DNA of 38,734 nt from a virus. Taxonomy: Duplodnaviria; Caudoviricetes. The stretch's first letter is position 1. Each line of letters opens with the position of its first letter. The stretch is from the IMG/VR virus record IMGVR_UViG_3300025852_000007, positions 1 through 38,734 of that record; one strand, 5' to 3'. A program made the position numbers and the translations under genes. Under the pieces are notes generated by a model, which searched no databases, was not told the DNA's origin, and saw nothing but the letters and a program-made list of their open reading frames with translations. Below, in pieces: positions 25,420 through 35,695 of the stretch.

Positions 25420-28327
25420 TATTTTATTTAATCCGCTATCGGGTCAGTTTGATTATGTCGGTCAAAAAGGCGATACTGGTGCTACCGGTCAAGGAGTAAT
25501 TCCAGGCGGAACGACTGGTCAAGCCTTAACTAAAAACTCTAATACTGATTATGATATGAAATGGTCTAGTGCTGGAGCTGGTGATGTTACAGGTCCTGCT
25601 AGTGCGGTAGATAGTAACTTCACTGCCTTTGACTCTACAACAGGCAAACTTATAAAAGACAGTGGCTATAATGCCTCTAGTTTTGTTACTGGAACTCCCT
25701 GGACGAGTTTGGGTTATATAACTAGAAGTGGTATATCGGCTGGGACTGGTATTTCTTACGATAATACTACTGGAATAATCACGAATAGCAATCCGACGGC
25801 CTATACTCTACCTACAGCCGCTGCCACAACGCTAGGTGGTATTAAAGTAGGCTCAAGATTATCAATCTCTTCAGGTGTTCTGTCAGCTGATGTTCAAACT
25901 ACCGATATTTCAGGTAAAGCTGATATAAATCAGACAATGTATATCGGTACGACAGGAGTCGCTATTAATAGAACTACGGCCGCTCTTTCGCTCGCGGGGG
26001 TTTCAATAGATGGTAACGCTGGGACTGTAACTAACGGGATATATACAACCTCTCAAGTAACAACACTCGGAGCAGTTACTGGTACAGATAAAGGTAAATA
26101 CCTTTTCAATGATGCTAGTACTGGAGTTTTATCATGGCAGACAGTCACATCAAGCGGTGGTGATGTAATAGGACCAGCTACAAATACAGACACTTATATA
26201 CCGCAATGGAACGGGGCTAACTCCAAAACCCTAAAAGACGGTCTCGCAGTCCCAGCAGGAGGCTTGGCGGGTCTGACGGCGCTCGGTGGTAAAGAAGATA
26301 CTTCAAATAAGGCTACGACTTTTGGAACGATAAATGACACTCTCTATCCTTCAGTAAAAGCAGTAAATGACGCTATCACATCCGCTGTAACAGGAACAGT
26401 GACCACAATATCTGTTATATCAGCCAACGGAGTATCGGGAACTGTAGCGAACGCCACGACAACACCTGCGATAACTCTTGCACTCGGAGCTATTACTCCC
26501 TCTAGCGTGAACTTAGTTACCATCTCAGGTTCATCTACACCAACTCTCGCCGTGACGGGTACTTCGAGTATCTCAGGAAGTAATACTGGCGATCAAACAT
26601 TGAGTGGATTAGGTGGTGCAAATACAGCTCTCTCTAACCTTTCAAGTGTTGCAATAAACACTTCTCTTATCTCTGATACAGATGTTACTGATGATTTAGG
26701 AAGTACAACTAAAAAATGGAATAATATTTATGCCGCTAATCTAGGAGCAACTGGTACGCGATTGACAAAAGTATGGACTGCAGCTCTTGAAAGTACAGCA
26801 CTACCTACAATTAACGGAGGAACTCTAGCAACTGCCCTTTCTCTTTCGGGTACGAATACAGGTGACTCTGCCTCTATCCCAATAGGTTATTTAGATACAG
26901 ATGGAACACTTGCAGGTAACTCTGATGTAAAAGTATCATCTCAAAAAGCAGTTAAAACTTATGTAGACCAATTAGCCTTAGGTCTCGTCCCAAAACCATC
27001 AGCTCACGCTGCGACTACCACAACCTTACCGACTAATACCTATTCAAATGGGGCAAGTGGAGTTGGTGCGACTTTAACAGCTATAACAGTTGGTGTTCTA
27101 ACTGTTGACGGTATTGCACTCGCTTTAAATGATTATGTTTTAGTTAAAAATGAAACTCTGGGTTATACTAACGGGCTTTATGTCGTTACAACTGCAGGAA
27201 CAGTCGGAGTGGCTTATGTCCTTACTCGTGACATAACAATGAATCAGAGTACGGAGTTTTCTAACTCCCTGATTGTAGTTGAAACTGGTACTGTCAATGG
27301 TTCAACTCTATGGCTTTGTACAAATAATGGTTCAATCACTGTTGGTACTACTCCAGTTACATTTCAAAATATACCAACCCCAGGAGCACCGATTGCTGGT
27401 TCTGGTATATCAGTATCAGGGACTACAGTTTCAATAGATACAGGTGTTACGGCAAATCTTACTGGCACTCAAACTCTAACTAACAAGACCTTAACTTCTC
27501 CAAAGATAAACGAAGCAGTTGCACTGACTTCTACAGCTACGGAACTCAATATTTTAGATGGTGCAACCCTAACTACAACAGAGTTAAACTATGTTGATGG
27601 TGTAACCTCTGCCATACAAACTCAATTAGGTGCTAAAGCTGCCAGTGGAGTCAATGCAGACATTACAAGTCTTACTAATCTGACAACAGATCTACCTATC
27701 TCCGAGGGTGGTACAGGTGCTTCAACAGCAGCAGCAGCAAGAACTAACTTAGCGGTTGGTCAAGCTGTTGGTTGGGCAGTTGAAACAGTAGCCTCTAGTG
27801 CGCCAGGTTCGCCTACTACTGGTGATATTTGGTTAGATACCTCTACTTCAATAGCCGCTCCTGGAACTTCTGGTAATATAATGCAGAGTGATGGGACTAA
27901 CTGGGGGAGTGTCGCACTTACTAATGCTATTCTGCCGACTGCTAAACTAGGTTATGTCGCCTCAGCCACTACTTTTAGTACTACAAGTGTTACTGCGGTT
28001 CAAATAACGGGAATGACGCTAACTGTCACTATCCCAGCAGGGGGTCGTTCCATTAAAATTACAGGTTATCTACCAGATGCTTCAGCAAACCAAACAGCGA
28101 GTAATGTATTAACTATTTGGGATGGCACAGTGGGAAGCGGTACTTTATTGCAAAGTTGTGAATATACTAATGCTAGTAACGCCTATAGGGGTGTGATGAC
28201 AGCACTAATAGTAGTAACGCCCTCAGCTGGTAGTAAAACTTATAATTTAGGCTTTCAGAACAACGGTGGTACTTCCCAGACAATAACGAATAGTGGTTCA
28301 ATGTTTATTCTAGTAGAGTTAATATAA
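25412..28327 (+). CDS. Long modular tail fibre / receptor-binding protein
   Basis: FNPLSGQFD N-terminus, collagen-like GQKGDTG, two GDV.GP..D modules, TLGGIKVG, SQKAVKTYVD, QTLTNKTLTSP, GGTGASTAAAARTNL. Confidence 0.8.
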   Translation: MPNILFNPLSGQFDYVGQKGDTGATGQGVIPGGTTGQALTKNSNTDYDMKWSSAGAGDVTGPASAVDSNFTAFDSTTGKLIKDSGYNASSFVTGTPWTSLGYITRSGISAGTGISYDNTTGIITNSNPTAYTLPTAAATTLGGIKVGSRLSISSGVLSADVQTTDISGKADINQTMYIGTTGVAINRTTAALSLAGVSIDGNAGTVTNGIYTTSQVTTLGAVTGTDKGKYLFNDASTGVLSWQTVTSSGGDVIGPATNTDTYIPQWNGANSKTLKDGLAVPAGGLAGLTALGGKEDTSNKATTFGTINDTLYPSVKAVNDAITSAVTGTVTTISVISANGVSGTVANATTTPAITLALGAITPSSVNLVTISGSSTPTLAVTGTSSISGSNTGDQTLSGLGGANTALSNLSSVAINTSLISDTDVTDDLGSTTKKWNNIYAANLGATGTRLTKVWTAALESTALPTINGGTLATALSLSGTNTGDSASIPIGYLDTDGTLAGNSDVKVSSQKAVKTYVDQLALGLVPKPSAHAATTTTLPTNTYSNGASGVGATLTAITVGVLTVDGIALALNDYVLVKNETLGYTNGLYVVTTAGTVGVAYVLTRDITMNQSTEFSNSLIVVETGTVNGSTLWLCTNNGSITVGTTPVTFQNIPTPGAPIAGSGISVSGTTVSIDTGVTANLTGTQTLTNKTLTSPKINEAVALTSTATELNILDGATLTTTELNYVDGVTSAIQTQLGAKAASGVNADITSLTNLTTDLPISEGGTGASTAAAARTNLAVGQAVGWAVETVASSAPGSPTTGDIWLDTSTSIAAPGTSGNIMQSDGTNWGSVALTNAILPTAKLGYVASATTFSTTSVTAVQITGMTLTVTIPAGGRSIKITGYLPDASANQTASNVLTIWDGTVGSGTLLQSCEYTNASNAYRGVMTALIVVTPSAGSKTYNLGFQNNGGTSQTITNSGSMFILVELI

Positions 28328-28336
28328 AGGATAATC

Positions 28337-29471
28337 ATGGCAAAGAATATAAAGGATATAATGATGAAGGAATAAAGGATAAATAATGTTTGGTAATGGT
28401 TCAAATGGAGCATTAAACGTCACATCAGGAACAACTAATCTTGCTCTTGATACAAAATATCAATATACGACGGTTAGTGTCTCTTCGGGTGCAATTTTAA
28501 GTACTAACTCTACTTCTGGTTCTGTTCTTTATATTTTAGCCAATACTTCAATCACTATAAATGGGAATATAACTCTTAATAATATTCTACCTGCTGGACA
28601 GAATACTTGGTCAGTCACTTTAGATAGTACAGTCTATACTAATCCAAATGTTGCAAATGGTGGTAACGGTGGTGGAGGTTCTACGCAAGGTTCAGGGTTT
28701 GGTGGTGGCGGTAATGGTGGATTTTACTCCGCTTCTGCTGGTGTTGGAGGCAATGGAAATAGCACACCTGGTTCTGGCGGTGCTAGAGCAACGGCAACCT
28801 CTAGTTCATCTGTTGTTACGGCACGTAATAATGGTGGTAATAGTTCTGGTGGTAGTGGTGAAGCTTATTCTATATTCAGTAACTCGGCTACTAGTGGAGC
28901 AGGTGGTAGTGCATATAGTAACAATGGTGAGAATGGGGTTAGTGTTACTACAACAAGTGCTGCTGGTGGTGGCGGTGGTGCAGGTGGTTCGGCAGGTAAA
29001 CCTGGAATACACTTAGTTCTAAAGTCCCCATCAATTATCATAAATGGGCAAATCATAACATCTGGTACTTCTGGTGGAAATGGTGGTAATGGTGGAACTC
29101 ATTTGTATGGTTCAAATGTAAGCGGTGGTGAATCTTTGGCTAATGGTTCAGGCGGTGGAGCTGGCGGTGGTGGTAATGCTGGTAATATTTACATCTCAAC
29201 ATATCAATTAACCCCTGGTACATTTACTATGACAAATGGTTCGGGTGGTACTGGTGGTACAGGATATATTTCTGGTGCTAGTGGTTCTAGTGGGATTAGT
29301 GGAACATTTATATTAAATCAGTTTTCTTATGCCACTAAAGTATGGAACGGTTCAGCATGGGTAATTAGACCATCTAAAACATGGAGTGGTTCAGCATGGG
29401 TATCACATCCAACTAAGATAGCGCAATAAAGGAGTAAATTATGGCAAAAAATATAAAAGAGATAATGATGA
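28337..29471 (+). repeat. Imperfect ~31-bp direct repeat (MAKNIK.IMM start) flanking the Gly-rich gene
   Basis: ATGGCAAAGAATATAAAGGATATAATGATGA (28337) versus ATGGCAAAAAATATAAAAGAGATAATGATGA (29441). Confidence 0.8.
28386..29429 (+). CDS. Glycine-rich fibre-tip/adhesin-like protein
   Basis: FGNGSNGAL N-terminus, poly-Gly tracts, C-terminal KVWNGSAW...KTWSGSAW. Confidence 0.75.
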   Translation: MFGNGSNGALNVTSGTTNLALDTKYQYTTVSVSSGAILSTNSTSGSVLYILANTSITINGNITLNNILPAGQNTWSVTLDSTVYTNPNVANGGNGGGGSTQGSGFGGGGNGGFYSASAGVGGNGNSTPGSGGARATATSSSSVVTARNNGGNSSGGSGEAYSIFSNSATSGAGGSAYSNNGENGVSVTTTSAAGGGGGAGGSAGKPGIHLVLKSPSIIINGQIITSGTSGGNGGNGGTHLYGSNVSGGESLANGSGGGAGGGGNAGNIYISTYQLTPGTFTMTNGSGGTGGTGYISGASGSSGISGTFILNQFSYATKVWNGSAWVIRPSKTWSGSAWVSHPTKIAQ

Positions 29472-29590
29472 GTAATAAAAGTTTCGTCAAGGAACATAAA
29501 CATCTTGTTAAGATATTACGATCAGGTTCAAAAAAGTCTCAGTTAAAAGAAGCTAAAGACCAAGCGCAAGAATTGGCTAGAAAAAACTAG
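29441..29590 (+). CDS. Small basic protein
   Basis: AAGGAG RBS; 49 aa containing FVKEHKHLVKILRSG. Confidence 0.65.
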   Translation: MAKNIKEIMMSNKSFVKEHKHLVKILRSGSKKSQLKEAKDQAQELARKN

Positions 29591-29600
29591 TGAAAGGTTG

Positions 29601-29647
29601 TAGAATATAGACATAGGCAAACTTTAAGCCCCTCCTTGGGGCTTTTT
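29601..29647 (+). promoter_or_regulatory. Late leader module copy 5 (before tail genes)
   Basis: TAGAAT-N8-AGGCAAACTTTAAGCCCC-TCCTT-GGGGCTTTTT. Confidence 0.75.
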
Positions 29648-29662
29648 ATTTAAGGAGTAAAC

Positions 29663-30028
29663 ATGACATACACTGCATCAGTACAAAAACAAGCCGTTAC
29701 GTTTAGCGGATTAGTAAACGATGGTAATAGAATCGGAATGACTGGTTACACCGGTTCAGTTATACAAACTATAGACGCAACTGGAACACCAGTAACTTCA
29801 CCTGCAACAGTAAACACAACTCAGACTCTAGTAGTGCCATCGAATGCGGTATCTATAACAGTTGCATCTGTAACTAATGCAGTACGAGTAAGTGAGGACT
29901 CAACATCATCAGCATACTTCGCAGTCCCAGCAGGTGTACCTGTCACATTTGATGTTTCCCGACAACAGAATGTTTATCTATCTACAGCTGGAAGTACAGT
30001 CGTATCGTTTTATTTCAGTTTAATATAG
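29663..30028 (+). CDS. Virion structural protein
   Basis: T/S/V-rich; strong RBS. Confidence 0.7.
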   Translation: MTYTASVQKQAVTFSGLVNDGNRIGMTGYTGSVIQTIDATGTPVTSPATVNTTQTLVVPSNAVSITVASVTNAVRVSEDSTSSAYFAVPAGVPVTFDVSRQQNVYLSTAGSTVVSFYFSLI

Positions 30029-30035
30029 GAGTGAA

Positions 30036-30344
30036 ATGAAAGTAGCAACCACTTGGACCACAAATACAGCAATTGGAACGGTAGATACGTTCGATTCTAC
30101 TGCTATTTATGACGAAATTAGTAACTACGACGGCATTTCAAGCGGTTTGAGTGCCATTACAACTAAAAAGCCTAATACGTGGCTGTCTGGTGTTAAAAAC
30201 TCAACACAGTGGCTTACAAACGCAAGTTTCGGAATGATTGACCAATACGATACGACAGGAACTTATGACTCAACGGGCAATTTTGATGGCATAATATCAG
30301 GAAGCACAATAACAACTAAACAACCAACGGTATGGAGTAAATAA
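30036..30344 (+). CDS. Small virion protein with an internal duplication
   Basis: Two W.TN...D.(F/Y)D....YD.....DGI.SG...ITTK.P..W units. Confidence 0.7.
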   Translation: MKVATTWTTNTAIGTVDTFDSTAIYDEISNYDGISSGLSAITTKKPNTWLSGVKNSTQWLTNASFGMIDQYDTTGTYDSTGNFDGIISGSTITTKQPTVWSK

Positions 30345-31042
30345 TGGCAACAAACTTCCCAACTTCAAAAGATGATGGCACAAGTCTAGCTTATCCAACG
30401 GCAACATCAGCACGTAATAGTCCCTCACTCTCGGGTTTGAGTGATAACCAAAACGACAGTATTATAGCCCTTGAAACTAAACTAGGAACGGGTGCAAGCA
30501 CCGCAGCCTCTAGTAAATTATTAATAGGTACTGGCGCAGGAACTTCGGCGTGGACTAAAGACGCACCCACTGGCACTATTGTCGGTACGAGCGATTCACA
30601 AACTATGACAAATAAGACATTCACGAGTCCAACAATTAACAGTCCAACGATTACTAATGCCACGATCAATACAGATTTGATTACTGGTTATTCTGTAGCT
30701 ACGAGTGGGACGGTTTATGGCATTCAAGTTTCAACCGGTAACGTAGCAATGGGCGGTACTCTTGGAGTAACGGGTGCTACCACTTTAACAGGTGCAGTTT
30801 CAACCGTCGGACAGTTAAGTGTTCAAACAGGAACAGCACCACCCTCTGCTGGTCTGGCTACGGCTGGTATCCTATTCTCATCAACCGCTTCATTAGGACT
30901 ATTTTACAGTAACGGCGCACCAACATTTTCAGCGGCTAAAGGTTCGTTGTGTGTCAATACCGTTGCTACGACAACGACATCTCGTTTATATATTAACTCA
31001 AGTGGTTCAACTACTTGGACAACATTTACAACCGCAGCATAG
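30344..31042 (+). CDS. Short tail fibre/spike-like protein
   Basis: MATNFPTSKD...IIALETKLG...GAPTFSAAKGSL...RLYIN. Confidence 0.7.
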   Translation: MATNFPTSKDDGTSLAYPTATSARNSPSLSGLSDNQNDSIIALETKLGTGASTAASSKLLIGTGAGTSAWTKDAPTGTIVGTSDSQTMTNKTFTSPTINSPTITNATINTDLITGYSVATSGTVYGIQVSTGNVAMGGTLGVTGATTLTGAVSTVGQLSVQTGTAPPSAGLATAGILFSSTASLGLFYSNGAPTFSAAKGSLCVNTVATTTTSRLYINSSGSTTWTTFTTAA

Positions 31043-31057
31043 AAGGGGGATAGAGCT

Positions 31058-31969
31058 ATTTTAACTTTCCAACAATCATACGTAAGAACAGCAGATATAA
31101 CAGGTCTTAATCTAACGACTAATGCTCAAGACATTGTGAATATAAAGCAGGATATTAATCAAGGACTCAGATTATTTAAAAACGCATCTCGTAGATACTG
31201 GACTAGGGAAGAGAAAACTGCTAGTCTTGTCGCTCTTCAGCAATACTATCAACTGCCGTCGGATTGTGTTCGTGTCACCGAAGTACGGGTAGTAGCCAAC
31301 GGACTTACATTCCCTGTCGCACAAATTGACTCAGAAGCTATTTGGAATAAGACAAATATAATTCCATCAATGACGATTAATTTACCCGTTTACTTCTTCA
31401 TTAGGGGTAATGACGAGATAGGTTTGTGGCCGATTCCATCACAGAGTTCAGTTAATACTTTGGTAATTTCTTATGAATCACGTTTGCCAGATATGACGGT
31501 AGACGATGTAACTAACGTAACTTCTAGTACAACAGCCACAGTTACTAACGGCGATACAACCGTTACGCTTTCAGGAAATGTTGTCCTACCGCAAATGGTC
31601 GGCAGATGGTTTCAAGTCAACGACGGAACGGATGGTAACTGGTATCAAATAACAATCTATAACTCTACTTCATCATTTGAGATAGGCAACTCTTATCAAG
31701 GTATAGGCGGAGCTTCACATACATTTATAATCGGACAAGCCCCTGACATACCAGAAGAGTATCATCTCGGACCAGTGTATTTCGCTATTTATCAGTATTA
31801 CTTAAAAAGGAATAAGACTGAATCTGCCATGCTCTATAAGTCTCTATTTGAGGACTTACTACAGAAGTATATTGAAGTCTACGCCGCCAAGACGACAGGT
31901 CAAGTACAGTACGACTTGGGCAATACAGGATTCAATATATTCACAATCCCACCTAACCCAATTACATAA
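31058..31969 (+). CDS. Head-tail adaptor / tail tubular A-like protein; probable ATT start
   Basis: YYQLPSDCVRV, IGLWPIP, PDIPEEYH; frame open from ATT 31058 with an AAGGGGG SD; the ORF track starts it at GTG 31136. Confidence 0.7.
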   Translation: MLTFQQSYVRTADITGLNLTTNAQDIVNIKQDINQGLRLFKNASRRYWTREEKTASLVALQQYYQLPSDCVRVTEVRVVANGLTFPVAQIDSEAIWNKTNIIPSMTINLPVYFFIRGNDEIGLWPIPSQSSVNTLVISYESRLPDMTVDDVTNVTSSTTATVTNGDTTVTLSGNVVLPQMVGRWFQVNDGTDGNWYQITIYNSTSSFEIGNSYQGIGGASHTFIIGQAPDIPEEYHLGPVYFAIYQYYLKRNKTESAMLYKSLFEDLLQKYIEVYAAKTTGQVQYDLGNTGFNIFTIPPNPIT

Positions 31970-31978
31970 GGAGTTACA

Positions 31979-34060
31979 ATGGCCAATCCAAAAGACAAAC
32001 AGAAAATGAAGGTCAACCTTAACGCCTTTGCGGGTGGTATGTCGGTTGATTTCAAAAACGGTGTGCAGAACTCCTTCTATAATTCAACTGCGTTAGACTT
32101 CCGCAAGAAAGCCTCTCAGATGTCGGTCTTGCCTGGAATGACGGCTTCGGCTACTAACATGACTGACCTTATAGTAGCGATGACACAAGACCCGACTGGT
32201 GTTAGATGGGCTGTTGGTAATCAAGGCTGTGTGTATAAAATTAACACTTCGGGTGTACTGACTAAGATAGCTCAACTAACATCGGCTAGTGGGCATGGGA
32301 TTGTCTATAATCAACTTTCAGACATGCTTTATATTACAGGACAACAGACGGTTTCGATGTACGGCCCGATTACAAGTACGATTGATTCACCTACATTCTA
32401 CCCAGATATATTCGGTAAGTCGGCTTCAGTAGCTAGTGGAGTGGTTAATTTATACAATCCAACTTCGGGAACGTATGATGGAACTGCTAGGAATAACGCT
32501 CAGTCTATTGGTTTGAATATTGGCATAACGAGTCCGTCTCAAGTATCAAGCACGACAGCGAACGGCAACTATACTACTAAGACTTCTATAAGTGAGGCTG
32601 CGTCAGACTACTGCACGTTTGCACCGGACTTTGAGCCGTTTTATTCTATACCCGTTTTTATTAATACAAAGGGTACTGGAGACGTAAAACTTACCCTACA
32701 TGATGGACTTCAAAACATTGTAGCAACTACAACAATTACCGCAGCTAATATGGTTGTCGGTTGGAATGAGTTTGTATTCACCACTCCTGGAGTTCGTTCG
32801 TTTACGGGTGCGATTCAATCCGGTCTGTCGGCGGCTTATCACTTCCACATTACCTCTACGGTGACCGATACGGTTGTAGATACAGTAACTGACGCTGACT
32901 TGACGGGCTGTAACTTCCTACTGTTTATTTATCGAATGGTCCAAACTAATAACACTTGGCATCCAATGGCAATTTTTACTGGCTCTACTATGCTTCTTTG
33001 TGTCGGGAATGGTCAATATCTCTCGACCTATAACTTCTCAAATGATTCCAACCCTTCAAACTATGTATATAACAGGGCTAGATTCCCACTTGATGCAGGC
33101 TATGAGGTTTGTGGACTGACGGTGAATAATCAGTATCTTGTCATAGCAGCTGAGAAACGCTCAACCTCAAACGTAAATAACTTCCAAGATGGGATGCTTT
33201 ACTTCTGGGATGGAACTAACTCGTCTTATAACTTTAAGATTCAAGTACCGATGGGTGCGCCCTATTCAATTTATACGTTTAATAACATTACGTTCTTCCT
33301 TTGCATGGGTTCACTTTATGCTTGGGGCGGTGGTCAGCAAGTTATTAAAATACGACCTATCTCTTATCAGAACACCGATTACCTCGGAGTAGCAGACGAT
33401 ACTTACGTCAACCCAAATATGATGGATTCGCGCGCGAACTTGTTGATGATAGGCTATCCTTCTACGACTACTAATATACTTAATCACTATGGGATTTATT
33501 CCTATGGTACGGTTGAACTGGTCTATCCTAATTCGTTCTGTCTATCTTATGAACTTTCAAACGGTCAGACTAACTTCTCAGTGGCTAATCAATTGAAAAT
33601 TGGTATGATCAAAAACTTTGTCGATACGATGTATATGTCATGGACTTACGTTGATTCGGGTGGTGCGACTCGCTACGGACTAGATATTACAAATAACAGC
33701 TCAAAGCCAGCCTCGACGTTTAGTTGGCAATCCCTTATTTGGGATGGTGGTGTTCGCTATAAGATGAAACAAGCCATGCGGTTAAAGATTAACTTCCTAC
33801 CACTACCTGTCGGTTCAACCTTGACGGCTAATTATATAATTGATAGAGGTACGGCTATATCAGACGATGCTGGTACTTCATTTACGGCTGTTGCTGGTGA
33901 TACCGAAATTGTAGTGCAGATGAACGCTAGACGTTTTCATGAGATACAATGCGGATTTACTGGTACTTGTAACTCAGATACTCCTCCGACTATTACCTGT
34001 GTAGTGATGGAAATTGACCCACTAACGGAAGAGGCGGACCTACGGCCCGATGATAATTAA
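31979..34060 (+). CDS. Tail nozzle / tail tubular B-like (P22 gp10-like) protein
   Basis: 693 aa, beta-rich, N-terminal F.GGM; follows the adaptor. Confidence 0.7.
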   Translation: MANPKDKQKMKVNLNAFAGGMSVDFKNGVQNSFYNSTALDFRKKASQMSVLPGMTASATNMTDLIVAMTQDPTGVRWAVGNQGCVYKINTSGVLTKIAQLTSASGHGIVYNQLSDMLYITGQQTVSMYGPITSTIDSPTFYPDIFGKSASVASGVVNLYNPTSGTYDGTARNNAQSIGLNIGITSPSQVSSTTANGNYTTKTSISEAASDYCTFAPDFEPFYSIPVFINTKGTGDVKLTLHDGLQNIVATTTITAANMVVGWNEFVFTTPGVRSFTGAIQSGLSAAYHFHITSTVTDTVVDTVTDADLTGCNFLLFIYRMVQTNNTWHPMAIFTGSTMLLCVGNGQYLSTYNFSNDSNPSNYVYNRARFPLDAGYEVCGLTVNNQYLVIAAEKRSTSNVNNFQDGMLYFWDGTNSSYNFKIQVPMGAPYSIYTFNNITFFLCMGSLYAWGGGQQVIKIRPISYQNTDYLGVADDTYVNPNMMDSRANLLMIGYPSTTTNILNHYGIYSYGTVELVYPNSFCLSYELSNGQTNFSVANQLKIGMIKNFVDTMYMSWTYVDSGGATRYGLDITNNSSKPASTFSWQSLIWDGGVRYKMKQAMRLKINFLPLPVGSTLTANYIIDRGTAISDDAGTSFTAVAGDTEIVVQMNARRFHEIQCGFTGTCNSDTPPTITCVVMEIDPLTEEADLRPDDN

Positions 34061-34386
34061 TGGATAACTCTAACCTAATCCAAAATGCCCCAAATGCGTC
34101 ATTAAATAATATGACCTATACCCCGATATTCGGGAATATGAACTTTATGATACAACCCTCACAAAGCGGTGAAGTATCAGATACTTATGCAATAGTACCA
34201 ACCCCACCTTCGTTAGAGTCGCTTGTTTACCTACAACAGATGAACGCTCAGGTTTCACCAACTAACATCGTAAGTGGGCAGAATACGGGCGAACAGAACA
34301 TTCAAGGAGCTTACACCGTTAAAGACACATTAAACAACACTAGGGTAAGTATAGGATTTCAACAAACTGACACTGGGAGTTACTAA
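34060..34386 (+). CDS. Tail-associated protein
   Basis: Coupled ORF; C-terminal VKDTLNNTRVSIG. Confidence 0.65.
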   Translation: MDNSNLIQNAPNASLNNMTYTPIFGNMNFMIQPSQSGEVSDTYAIVPTPPSLESLVYLQQMNAQVSPTNIVSGQNTGEQNIQGAYTVKDTLNNTRVSIGFQQTDTGSY

Positions 34387-35180
34387 TGAGTAATTTAAGC
34401 CAACCTGGGATTATAATTACACAACCTGGGATAAGTGTTGAAACCGCCGCTGATTATCAGATGATATTTAACTCTAACTGGCCATCACTACAGATAGCGT
34501 TTGAGGCTGTCATTACTGTTGCGGCTGGTTCTACAGGTCAAGTAGCTCATAATTTAGGTTTCTATCCGATGGTAATGACTTGGTTTATTGTTAATAATGT
34601 CAGTGTCGGTAGATTTTATGCTTATACAGTATTTGACGACTCGAATATATATATTGATAACTCCAATAACGCTGTTGACGTAGTGGCAAGTATAAAATGT
34701 TATAACGTAGATATCACGAAAGAAGTCAACTACGCATTACCCAAACCACCGTTTATTAACCGACAATATGATAAAACTTTTGGTATAAAGGTAAGTAAAA
34801 ACGGTAAATCAATCGCTTCGGAAGATATGAGAGATTTTATATTACATTCACGTTGTCAATCACCGGCTATGTTATCAGTTACTACAACCGAAACAACAAA
34901 GTCTGGAGACACTTTTTCAGGTAAAGCCATAAGATATACAAACCCTGCTGGATATACCCCTTGGGTTATTGGTTATGCTACCCCTAATACAAGCGGTGAC
35001 CCAACTAAATATAAAATATATCCAGCAGGAGGAAATCAATCATTCCCAGCATTTACACAAATTGGTAGTACATCGTATATTTTAGGTACTACAGCGAATG
35101 ATGGTTCTCGTACTCGTGGTAGTATAGTTTCTCTTAGAGACCCACTCGTCATACCTAATAGTGTGAGGATACAATACTAA
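34386..35180 (+). CDS. Tail-associated protein
   Basis: GIIITQPGISV..A...MIFNS, HNLGFYP, FGIKVSKNGK. Confidence 0.7.
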   Translation: MSNLSQPGIIITQPGISVETAADYQMIFNSNWPSLQIAFEAVITVAAGSTGQVAHNLGFYPMVMTWFIVNNVSVGRFYAYTVFDDSNIYIDNSNNAVDVVASIKCYNVDITKEVNYALPKPPFINRQYDKTFGIKVSKNGKSIASEDMRDFILHSRCQSPAMLSVTTTETTKSGDTFSGKAIRYTNPAGYTPWVIGYATPNTSGDPTKYKIYPAGGNQSFPAFTQIGSTSYILGTTANDGSRTRGSIVSLRDPLVIPNSVRIQY

Positions 35181-35689
35181 TGGCTGGACCTATATCAATA
35201 TCTAAGAACGGTAAATCAATTGCCACCACTTCTAAACAAGAGTTAATTTTTAATACTGAATACCCATTTCATAAATTGGATTCGACCAATATCCATAGTT
35301 TTCAGATTATAAGTATTTTTTTTGGTAGCGAACCTCCCGCTCCTGCATCGCCACCATCTGGTCACACTACATCAAGAACCCTTGTATATTCGTATGCTCA
35401 TGGTTATGACTATGTTCCGTCTACTTGGTTTATAGTATCTAATGACAACTTTGTAGCAAATACTTTAGGTAATGAGGGTTCTTTATTAATTAGCCAAAGT
35501 GCTATATATGGGGCGACAGCAGCATACCTTAACATCGAAGTCGATTCAACTAATGTTTACTTCTATGTTGATAAATATTGGTATGCTTTTGATCCATCTC
35601 CCCCACATATAATCGGAACTACTGTATACGTTCGTGCTAATATATTCGCCGAAGATTTATCGGGAACAAGTCTACCCGCCAATGCGTAA
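35180..35689 (+). CDS. Tail-associated protein sharing a module with the previous gene
   Basis: ISKNGKSIA....LIFNT, HGYDYVP. Confidence 0.7.
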   Translation: MAGPISISKNGKSIATTSKQELIFNTEYPFHKLDSTNIHSFQIISIFFGSEPPAPASPPSGHTTSRTLVYSYAHGYDYVPSTWFIVSNDNFVANTLGNEGSLLISQSAIYGATAAYLNIEVDSTNVYFYVDKYWYAFDPSPPHIIGTTVYVRANIFAEDLSGTSLPANA

Positions 35690-35695
35690 TTTATA

